A DNA stretch of 64,000 nt, taken from positions 266,237-330,236 of the forward strand of contig NMRA01000486.1 of NCBI GenBank assembly GCA_002633005.1, in the 5' to 3' direction. A program made the position numbers and the translations under genes. Under the pieces are notes generated by a model. It was not told the origin of the DNA, did not search any database, and was given only the letters and a program-made list of their open reading frames with translations. The number at the start of each line of letters is the position of its first letter. The first letter of the stretch is position 1. Below, one piece after another: positions 1 to 10,284 of the stretch. Origin of the DNA: Phoronis australis (lineage: Eukaryota; Animalia; Phoronida).

Positions 1-642
1 TAAAATGAAAAACTTCATAAGCTTTTCAAAAATATGTATACTTAATTTTCATTTTATTGCCTGAAGTTTTTTATGTAGTATGTAACGCCACGTTAAAGGC
101 CGGGGTTATTGTAATTGCATCTATCCTCGAAGCGAATTTTTTATTTAGGCCACGAAGCCTACATGTAGTTGATTCTCGTCTTTGCCTAGATTCATTTCGA
201 TCTGGGCTTACCGTCTAAAAACCGACAGACCCCCATCAATTTTAGTGGAAGTCTCGTTTTCTGTTTTTGTTTTTGTTTCATTGTTTTTTTTTTTGAAAAA
301 TCTGCTCAAAGGCACTTTAGCAAGGTTAGTAAGGTCTGAAACAGCATCGTTTGCCGGCGATGAATAAAAAATAACAATTGCCGGTCATTTTTTCTCGTCT
401 CTGTGGATTTTCGTTCTTGAAAAAGTAGGCGCCTAAAAATACCACACCACCTACCGGATTTTCGAAGAAAACCACAGACCAAACGGCTTTTTGCCTTACC
501 GCTCTAATATTGATCTCAACTTATTCCACTGTACTCAGACGAGAAGTGATTTCTAGGTTTGCAAAGAACAAGCCTCTTATAGGGCCTGGTCGCAAGAAAT
601 AACGAATTATCTGTTCTTTCGAACCTTGAAATCATCTCCACT

Positions 643-1090
643 TTTACCACCGTATTGCCGCGCCATTAGGCCAATGGGCGTCTGTGTACATCGAACTGCG
701 CATGCATGTGAGACAGGTGCATGCGCCAATTATGCGTACCACTTGTGTAAAAAAGGCCGCGAAAAAAGACATAATTTCGGATATAGGCCCATGGGCCAAA
801 AGGCGAGGCAATACGGTAATACAAAACTACCAATTGTCTTGAAAATACACCTAGAAACAAGATACAGAGGCAAAGGTAAAAAAATGCCATAAGGAAGCCC
901 AACGGTAGTCAAAACGGGTGCGCCTATATTCGAATTAATGTGTGGGCTTATGTAGGGGACATTGCCTAGGCTTATATGCAAAACTTAGGCGCATGCGCCA
1001 ATATGAGAACCAATTATGTAAAAACAGGCCACTAAAAAGGTGTTATTTCGGATATATGCCCATGGGCCTAAAGGCCCGGCAATAAGGTAA
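643..1090. mobile_element. MITE-like element with inverted and direct internal repeats
   Basis: ttaccaccgtattgccgcgccattaggccaatgggc (643) is the approximate reverse complement of gcccatgggccaaaaggcgaggcaatacggtaa (~790-820); a ~100-bp block at ~719-820 recurs at ~990-1090. Confidence 0.5.
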
Positions 1091-2109
1091 AATAATAAAT
1101 TGAGGCCAATTTCGTACTGTAAATGGTCTGAATCAAGTTATTTGTGATGGCAAGTGGGTTTATTGCCGCCTTAATATTTTGAATTATGAGTCACACCCAT
1201 ACATTCTTTCAATGTACTGCCTTTTCATACATCCAACAAACAACACCACAACTTTTTTTACAAAGCCCTGGAGATGTTTGATTCGCTTCAGTTTATTACT
1301 GGTACCATTCTCTCGTTTTACACACTTTTTAGAGGTTGAATTTGCAAAGTGCATAACTTAAGGAAATTAACCGTGAACTGTTTTCTTGAGACGGCAAACA
1401 GAGATGGACACCGTCTTTTGCAAAGTTGCTGGACCTTTTTGAGGCATAGTAATTAATGCCGCCGGCAGGTGCGCTACATTCGAGGAGCGAGATGAAAAAT
1501 TTTCCGTGCGATAATGAATCTCATCGTTGGTAGTGTAATCACTTTTAACGAGTTCAATCATAGGCCAAAACAGCAAATACACTCTGATCAGCGCAGAGTT
1601 GGTAACAGCAATAGTGAGCTCAACATGTATGAACTATACGTCGTGCGTTTATGGCGAACTAGCAAAGCACATTTTAATTTCTGCAATATGATGAAACTGA
1701 ACGGATGAAGGCTTACTAATTCGATGTTAATATTTTTAGATATTAGGAGGGTTTTCCAACAAGTTATTGCAATAATTTACGGTTTACAACACCCGTAGCT
1801 CACACTTTGCGATTTTATAAATGAGCCCCGTCACACCAAACCGTCCAAGCTGGAATGGACACAACCGTGGCAACGTCAGCGGAACTAGCAATTTATAGAA
1901 GCGTAACACTTGATTCGAATGCGACGCCGTCCACGGAGTTTTTTCTGCGATTGTATACGATGCTCGGTTGCTTGCCACTGGTTCGGTTTTCTCCCCTTTC
2001 CGACCGTCGGTACTGAATAATATGAACTGCCTCGGAGTGACAAGGCCAAAACCGACTAAAATGCCTGAGAACGAGGCACGCAGACGTGAATTTGCCTAAT
2101 TGTACTTAC

Positions 2110-2324
2110 GAAAAGATTGCCTCCGACACTGTCAATCTTTTTTGGGAGGTCTGGGCGCTTATTTAGCAAACCATCCCACGTTTCAATTACCCGCCCAGAG
2201 ATGGCGTCCACCACACATACTGGACGAGACGCTCTTCGGGCGCCTCCGTAGAAGTATTTCACGACAAATATTAGTTGACTTTTTCCTCTCCGTCTTTTTC
2301 TTAATTCATGTCTGTCTTCGACGC
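2110..2324 (-). CDS. M4 metalloprotease exon C (PepSY C-terminal part and start of mature domain)
   Basis: Acceptor gcattttcag|, reads (S)VEDRHELRKRRRGKSQLIFVVKYFYGGARRASRPVCVVDAISGRVIETWDGLLNKRPDLPKKIDSVGGNLF, donor |gtaagt. Resembles vibriolysin/LasB 'QLVYxVxFF...SRPxxxIDAxxGxVLxxWDG...GGN'. Confidence 0.85.
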
Positions 2325-2779
2325 CTGAAAATGCAGTATGCAGTGAAAAGCAACCTGAAGTAATTCATACGTTTGTTTTACGGAAAACAGATCCATTATT
2401 ATGTGAAGGGTTTGGAATCCAAGAGATCTTTCAGTAGATTCAAGTACTTAAATAGCAAGGACAACACAAAGCGTTGAGATAGGCCCATGACTAAACCGCA
2501 CACGCTAAGGTTGCATGCGAGCATCCAGACGGGGGGGGGGTCTCGGGGCTCGAACGTATACCCCATTTGGCGAAGTCGGCAAAAAGGTCCGCCTCGGAGA
2601 AAAAAAATTCAAAAAAGTAGAAAACGAGAGACAAAAGTACACTAAAAAGGCAGAAACTACCAAAATTCGGAGAATGCCCAATTCATAGCTCTGAACGTAC
2701 CCCATGAACCTTCAAAATAAAAGGTCCACATTCTCAAAAAATTCGAGCCCCCCATTTTTGGCTGGTTGTTCGCACAACT

Positions 2780-4100
2780 GTGGTGTAGACGGAATACGTC
2801 GAATCCGTCCGAAAATCATGATGTGAAGGCATCGTCCTATTCTTATCAGAAACCTATTTGCTTGAATTCATGAAAACTCGTCACAAATAATGAGACAAAA
2901 GTAAAAAAAATAGATTGCCACTGAGAGGCACAGAGGTAAATTGAATACTCCCAAAAAGCCACCTGTTGACGGCCCATGTACATAGAACTAAACTTCACAA
3001 AGTACAGAAATATCCTGCAAAATGTAAAAGATGGCCGCCTGGGGTTAATGCAAAACCCCACAAAATTGCCACTAGGGAGCGCTACAGCAGTTGGACCCGT
3101 TTGTAAGTCAACTATGTGACCTCAGCAGACCTGGAACACACGTGTAACTCGAACAGTTCGTCACATAGGTGGCACAGAATATGTCGAATCTGTCCAAAGA
3201 TGGAAATGAAGGCAAAGTCGTCACCTCAATAGAAACCTTTTTGCCAAATTTGATGGAGAACCATCAAGCAACTTCGAAGATATACAGGCTAACGTAAAAA
3301 TAAAATTGCCACGAGTGGGCACAACTCAGTGGCGGATTTGGGGGGGGGGGGCAAAGGGGCCATGGCCCCCCTAAAACTCTACCAGATACCATTTGGGAGT
3401 TTGCTTGTGAACTGCTGACTAGCACATGCGCGCAACCAGGGGGTGCCGAATAAACGATGCATGGGCCCTGAAGAAACCCGTTCACCGTTCTGCCGAAATT
3501 CTGGTTATTCCTGTGCCCTGCCCCCCCAACTCAAAATCCTGGATCCGCCCCTGCAGCTGTTATCTGATCGACCCAAAACACGATTGCCGTTCGTCATCAG
3601 CTTTGTAGGAACATATTCGCCAAGTTTCACAAAAAGATCCAGAATTTCAAAGGGCTAAAGAGATGCAGCTGCGGGAGCAACTTAAAAACCAAAATCGCCC
3701 AAAAATCAACGTCTGTCGTGGTCTCATCAGGAACACCAATTGTCATAACGATAATCCATTAAAGTTGATCGGTTTGGTGGGTAGAGATACAGACGCCAAA
3801 AACGGACCCGAAAATAAGAAAATAGCCATTGGGGGAGCAAATTCCGTCGAATACGTTCGAAATGGGGAAGTTGTCGTCATCTCAATAGAAATATGAATCT
3901 GCCAAATTTCGTGAAAGTCGGTCAAGGAACTGTGCCGGCAAACGTAGAATAAGTTAAAATTGCCAATTGGGGGTACACCAGCACTCGGATTTGTTAGAAA
4001 TTTGCCATCATCTGTCGCCAACTATAGGAACACGCCTGCAAAATTTCATGAAGATCCTGCAAGTCGGATTAGTAGACACATCAGTGCACGGACGCAAGAT
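2780..4100. repeat. Degenerate tandem array, probably the interior of a non-autonomous element
   Basis: A block like 'gtcgaatccgtccgaaa...gtcgtcatctcaatagaaa...gccaaatttcatgaa' recurs at about 2795, 3180 and 3845; a MITE interrupts it at 3327-3553. Confidence 0.45.
3327..3553. mobile_element. CAGTGGCGGAT/CAGGGGCGGAT MITE (hAT5-like)
   Basis: TIRs cagtggcggatt...ggatccgcccctg; flanks caact/cagct (5 bp, one mismatch); related to copies at 6921 and 34207. Confidence 0.75.
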
Positions 4101-4167
4101 GGCAAAACGCCGGATCAGAACAGATACTCTCTGGCAAAAAAGACAAAATTCACCATTGCTTAATTAC

Positions 4168-4308
4168 TTGTGTGTTGACGCTGGAATTGTCGAAACTGGA
4201 TAGTTAACGCCACGACCGAGTTTTCCACGCGTTTCAACATGACGTGACCGTTAGACTTCTTGCACTGGCGCAATGCCCATCGGCGCGTAATTCGTGGCCT
4301 TTCCCCTC
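4168..4308 (-). CDS. M4 metalloprotease propeptide exon B (PepSY N-terminal helix)
   Basis: Acceptor cttctttacag|, reads (G)GERPRITRRWALRQCKKSNGHVMLKRVENSVVALTIQFRQFQRQHT, donor A|gtaatt. 141 nt, phase 1 to 1, so it fits exactly between exons A and C. Not in the ORF track. Confidence 0.75.
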
Positions 4309-5188
4309 CTGTAAAGAAGGAGCACAACTTAATTGCACGCCCTTACAGGGAATGATTAAAAAAGCCTCATTGCTACCTAAAACGCAATGTAAAAACCAAA
4401 TCTCTTAACACCCGTATATGCCCCGAGTAATGCTGGTAACAATTTTTAACACCAAACGCAGGAATTCTGGACATTGACATTTAAAGTGGCTATCAAACAG
4501 GTTATTAACGTCAGTTTTTGGCCAGATGGCCATTAAAAACAAGACGCTGTGGTCCATATCGACGTTTTGTCATTACTCAATATCATCATCAGTCAGTTTA
4601 TAGACACAATAAATATATGCAAAGACGAGAAAAGTAATCCGTTCATTATTTAGCTCATCCCTTTGCAACTGTATCCATGATCATTCCAGCTGACGAAAAA
4701 TTCTGAGAACATGCAGGCCATATTTCTGTCTGAGCTCGTTTATAATGTTAACCAAACTTCACGAGCCCGTCGGGTCTGAAGCAACAAGAAATAGCGTTTT
4801 TCAAATCTATAAATCATCTTTTATCTTATCAAAGAACATGATGAAAGCGGTTTTACAAGAGTAAAGTGGTCTAAATCAAAAGTTGTTTTTCAGACGGTTG
4901 ATAGAAGAAGCGGGTTTATTGACCCTTTGAAAACGAGTGACAGAAAGTCACTAGTTTTAACAGTATTGGCCACTCTTTTCCAAAATTCAGTGATTCACAT
5001 CAAATGCACTTTCTTTTTATTTTAGAAACCAAATTCAATCACAAGAGAAAATTGCGACCAATGTCTCAACCATAAGAAAATGCCCCTAAAACTCCGTTGG
5101 GTTATCAATAGGCTTTCGATTAAACAGAAATGCCATCATATCCGAAATAGTTTCGCATAAGGCGTAATTTTTATGCAGGCTTTCATAC

Positions 5189-5318
5189 CACGAAGATCCC
5201 TCTCCACGTTCCTGATCAAGTGACCTCTCGCCCATCCCGTGTATTTATCATTTCGTTTTTCTGCGACCACCACCGTTCCATACAGCGGAATGCCCTTGTA
5301 GGTTTGTTGGTACTTAAC
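5189..5318 (-). CDS. M4 (thermolysin/vibriolysin-like) metalloprotease, FTP-propeptide exon (internal exon A)
   Basis: Minus strand: acceptor tcgtgcag|, reads VKYQQTYKGIPLYGTVVVAEKRNDKYTGWARGHLIRNVERDLR, donor G|gtatga (phase 0 to 1). Resembles the FTP motif 'RYQQxxxGxPV' of bacterial M4 propeptides. Partial model: join(5318-5189,4308-4168,2324-2110) = 162 codons with no stop. Confidence 0.85.
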
Positions 5319-6920
5319 CTGCACGATAAAGATTAAACAATTGCTAGCTAAACAAATATATATTATACATATTAAGTGATGTGTCTGTGTATGTAGGTGC
5401 GTGCGTGCGCGCGTGTGTGTGTGCCTGCGTGCGTGCATATGTGTATTGTATATAATATATTGTATATATATTATTTTGAAATTCATGCCCTTAAAAATCA
5501 GAAAAACTGTACTTTTTCAAAATTCCATTTCAGTGCTCAAGTTTTTCGCATTTCGGGGCATGTGCCTATGCGCTGACGCGACTGTCCCTTGTGTTTGCGC
5601 ATCATCTCATCTCTGATGTTTTCTGTTTCATGAGTTAAATTGGATGCATCTACAGTTTAATAACGACATAACAATGATTTTGTATTACTATAACTCAAAT
5701 CAGGATGTATAGGCACAGCTGCACGTGTAGGCAGGCGTAAGTATCCTGATATACGATTATATTCAACCATAAGTTACGCAGTCCTTGGTTTTCTCAGATA
5801 GCATGGTTTCGCCTGGCAATGCAGGCGCAACCATGTTCTTTCGATACAATCCGTCATTTTCCACACGACGTTATAATGTATCATAATTTATACAAGTTAC
5901 TGTACACGCTCATCCGATACAATTCGTTATTTTCCGTACATATGTGCAGTAATGTACATGAAAACGTCATTGGAAATGGACGAACTTAGACTCGAATGAG
6001 CTTCATTCATGTTACTGTATATAGTATGTACACGATAAAGTCACACGGAAATGGACGAACTTTGTACCGAACGATCACGGGCGCAACAGGATGCACTACA
6101 CAAACTCTGCCCTCCGTCGTCATTTCGCGCCGCTCCATGCAGAATACACCCAGTCTTCGGAAAAAAATATCACAAACAAATCTTTGACAGGGATGATCTT
6201 CGAAACAGATAACCGATGTCATCCTTCTCTGGTGCATTTCATACTCGGCAATTGTTTCAATACCCCGAGGCTCTTCGAGGTATGATCCTTCCATAGCCTC
6301 AGAATTTGTGTTCAGAGGTAGATTTGGAACCGGGCAAGAAGAGCCCAGGATTCATGGACAGCCAAATATTTTTCAACTTATTCTGAGCTACGCCCTAGAG
6401 CATCAACGTCGAAGCAACTGGTATTTCGTTCACACACCGTTCAATCAGAAGGTACTGAGACCTGACGTTTGTTCGGCGCCTGAAAAAAGTCGCACGTGAG
6501 ACGTTCGCTAGACGTCTGATTTGTGTATGTTATCTTCATGCTTCAAATCAAATGACAGCTCCACCTTCGTACCATGAGCAGCCTACATTTCGACGAAACA
6601 TTTTCTCCTTGTTCAGCCGTGGTGAGATGGCACGCGATTGGATTGAGTATTATTGCATACTGATGTTTTACTAATTGCTCGTAAGCGGAGAGTGATAAGA
6701 CGCCACTGGAACATTTTTGCAACCCGTTTTTAATCAATCTCCGGAAACGAAGCTTCGCTGACGCACGGTAGGGCATCACAGGACATATGCCCAAGACTAG
6801 AAACTTTTTTGAATCTTCTATGAAAATTTGCTCTCTCCCTCATAATCCCGTTTCGTCAACAACAAGTAAGGAGACTCGACAGCAATGGTCGTAAAGAGGT
6901 ATGTCGCCCTAGAGTCAGGA

Positions 6921-7070
6921 GCAAGGGTGGATCTAGGATTTTGAGTTGGGGGGCAGGACAGAGTATTAGCCTGGATTTTGCCCGTCAGACATTCGCGCCC
7001 CCCGAACTGCCAAATGAAATCTGGGAGTATTTTAGGGGGGGACCATGGCCCCCTCTAAATCCGCCATAGG
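6921..7070. mobile_element. Degenerate copy of the same MITE family
   Basis: caagggtggatctaggattttgagttggggg...ctaaatccgcca; interior similar to 34207-34363. Confidence 0.65.
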
Positions 7071-8249
7071 TGAACAGGTGTGTCGCTCTATAATCAGGAG
7101 TTGGCCGCGCCTTGAAATTTTAACCCCAGTTCCGCAACGATGGTCCTGGATCGACTCGCATTGAAGTTTGATTTTTTGGGTATGGAGTTAAGTCACCTGG
7201 CCGTATGAAGTATTTTCGGTGTGTGGAATTTAGGGGAACGGTTATGGATTTTGTATTGCGGATTTAGTATTCGTTGGTCCGATAGGTTTCCTAGGTTTGG
7301 GATATGACAGTCTACCTGGAATTTATAGCAACGACCATGCAATCGCTTTATCCCCTGATACGTCTTTCACTTATTATGCAGAGCATAGCGGGAAAATTCC
7401 ATTTTGAGGCCCGGAAAATGACTACGAAACTGGCCCGGATAGCATAAAAATTTGAAAGTTATCGGCTGCCAAAATATTCGATTTTTGCTTGACGTGATGC
7501 ACCTTGATGTTGACTAGTCGGTAAGCCGTCACACAGAGCACTATGGGTATTTTTGGAGTTCGCTGTCGGAATGGCGTATGTGGTAGACATTTATTATGTA
7601 TCCAAGCAAATTCTAGTTAGAGGTTGATTCGATAGTCCGAACGGCCGAGCCTGACTATGAAGTGAAATTCCCATAGCCGGCAAGAGTCTAAAGGTCTATA
7701 GTAAGAGATAGCATGAAAGACCGGCAGTCGGATTTAAGAGCCGATATTCCGAAAAGTGACGACCCTTCGGATGACACATTTATTTACCATTTTCACAACT
7801 TCGTGAGTTTCTTGATTGGCGACGCGTTGAACCTTGCTATATCCGACGTCAGAATGCTGAAAAGATATTTAACTCTAGTCTTGCAGAAAAGTCTGGAGTT
7901 CGGAAGCAGATACCTGAACTGTACCTGTCAACTTTGGTATGACAATTTCTGAGAAAGAAATTCTAAGCTTTTTAAAATAGCACCATTTCTCACGAAATTC
8001 ATTGACCGAAAAGTGCAAAGTTACTGGTTATGTGCGAATTTAGACCCATTATTGCGTATAGGCGCATATGCGACTAAGTTGCGAATATAGGCATAGCTTC
8101 AAATGTAGGCGCATGTGCCTATACGCGCACCAAATTTCTTGAGTAAAATCATGTTTGAAACTGATGCTCTGACGCACCCAATCATTTGAAAATACCCACT
8201 GCTATTTGGCGCGCGGGATGCAGTGAACGATGGGGTTCTTGCCAATAAT

Positions 8250-9192
8250 AGAGAGTTTCGGCTACGTTAAATGCGAACGCGACTTGGGAAGGATAATCAC
8301 ACTATTATAGCCAATACCAAAGTGACATTGAGGTGACAATCACTGGTCAGGAGTGCAGGTACACGGATTAGCAACAGTGTGATAGCTACCGTACAGACAA
8401 CTAACAAGAGTGGCAACTGGATATTAATATAAAGTTTTGTGGGTTGATCTCTTCGGTTTTCAAAACCAGTTATTTTCACGGAATAACGCCTGTTACACTA
8501 AAATCAAGTAATCATGAAGCTGACTGTTACCCGAGCAACTAGTTGGTGATGACCGCGTGCGTGAGACCGTGGTGGCAGCCGGGGGAGGGGGTAAAAGCTA
8601 CGACCGTGGTAACATCGTTATACTCTACCCCCGGTGAAAACAATTAGCACCGAAGTTACAAAAATTCTAAGCTTTCAACTTTTCTGATACCAATAGTGAT
8701 TTTGGGCAAAAATGCGCTGGCAGAGAAAAAAAATGTCTTTCAAAAACTCTCAGTTATTACTGTTTGCTTTGAGTATCAAATTAACATTCTCCTCATTTGA
8801 TGAAATATTGCCAACATTGAGATGTTTTGGCTCAAAATAAGATCGAGTTTACTATTAGTTTTCTGTGTCGTCACTTATTAGCCTACCACCTGATTACTGT
8901 GACTTTTCTTGGAAAATCAACACAGCGAGGAACGTACTAAGCTTCACTATCTCATGATAGCTGAACTTTCTAAAAACATTAAAAAGTTGCATATATCTAA
9001 CGATTTTCTACGATAAATCGGCAATTAAAACACACGTTTTGCATTTGCGTGAGATCAGAGGTCTTCGCGTTGTTTCTACCCGTGTGACAAGACTGGAGGC
9101 GAAACTGTAGTTCAACGTTGTGACGTAGTAAGCAAAGAATGCTGATCTCACATGTTCGCGTTCGCGTTTAGCGTCAGTGTTGCCGAACTCTC
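8250..9192. mobile_element. Non-autonomous DNA transposon relic with imperfect TIRs
   Basis: Left end agagagtttcggctacgttaaatgcgaacgcgac matches the reverse complement of the right end, ggagagttcggcaac...cgctaaacgcgaacgcgaac. Confidence 0.5.
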
Positions 9193-9351
9193 CTTAATCT
9201 CGTTCAGTACGCCTATTGTTGTTTATGGCAATTGCTTTTTGTCATGTTAACAAACGCGTTTTCACCTTTTGCACGCTGATGGCGTGCAGTTATGCATTAA
9301 AGAAGGAATGCCTACTTTCCATCAGCTGATCGGTGCGCTCTAGGCAATATT

Positions 9352-10284
9352 AATGACCATCGCCTCTGTTGCCCCGACCAGAGGCGATGCAGCTCCTATA
9401 GGCGCTCCATACGCCTGAAGCTTTTCGGCGAATTATACCTCGCAACAACTAAAACATCAAAGTCACGTTGTTATAAATACTTTTTGCGCATAGAGGAACA
9501 CCTTAGGAGGTTGTCAATGTGTTTAATTCCTTCGAACAAATACTCCCGTTATCAAACTTTTTCTTCGAGCAGTCCCTATTTCAGTTCCCAAAATCGTGAA
9601 CTCAACATTTTTGCACTGCGCACGCCAAGAGATATGACCTCATTCTTTTAACCAGGCCGAAGGTCAGAAGTTGCGGCCCTACCGGCGAACTTTGAAAGCT
9701 GAAGTCCCCGCCCTCTGCGTACGTGCTGCCGGGAACCAGCCGTGCATTTGCCGTGTAAACATTAAAATGTCAAATATGTGCACAAAGACTATTAAATGTC
9801 ATGTCAACAGCATTTATTTTTATCAAATACAAACAATAATTCATTGGAATACAATCAGTTTCAAGTAACGCCAATTAAAGACAAGTAGTGGTGGCATTTT
9901 GGAAACGAACATTTGACTGACAAGACCGCAATGGCTCACCTTTGGCCTATTTAAAGATTGAGGTCATGAAGTCACATCCCCTAGCGAGCACGGTAAAAAT
10001 TGGAGCGTCCGCAGTATAAAAATGGTGAGTTCACGATTTTGGGAACTAAACGAGTGACTGCTCGAACAAAAAGTTCGATAACGGAAGTATTTGTTCGAGT
10101 TGGAAGGAATTAAACACACCGACAACCTCCTAAGGTGTCCCTCTATGCGCAAAAGGTATTTATAACAACGTGACTTTGATGTTTTAGTCGGTGCGAGGCA
10201 TAATTCGCCGAAAAGATTCCGGCGTATGGAGCGCCTATAGGAGCTGCATCGCCTCTGGTCGGGCCAACAGAGGCGATGGTCATT
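9352..10284. mobile_element. Foldback/MITE with ~300-bp inverted arms
   Basis: 9352-~9665 is an imperfect reverse complement of ~9935-10284 (aatgaccatcgcctctgttg... / ...caacagaggcgatggtcatt). Confidence 0.85.

Noticed and set aside
320-370. Minus-strand YSSPANDA resembling the M4 mature-domain YSPLNDAH motif
   Set aside because: The flanking residues do not match, no usable splice sites were found, and it lies in repeat-like sequence; probably chance.
1784-1850. Possible next M4 exon LGRFGVTGLIYKIAK after a ttccag acceptor
   Set aside because: Phase-compatible, but the similarity is too weak and the donor is unclear.
2110-5318. Bacterial contamination as the source of the M4 sequence
   Set aside because: The coding sequence is split by phase-consistent spliceosomal introns containing the same MITE family found beside PQBP1 and in the CUB gene.
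8297-8479. Hydrophobic minus-strand ORF as the M4 signal-peptide exon
   Set aside because: It lies inside a TIR-bounded repeat and has no supporting splice donor.
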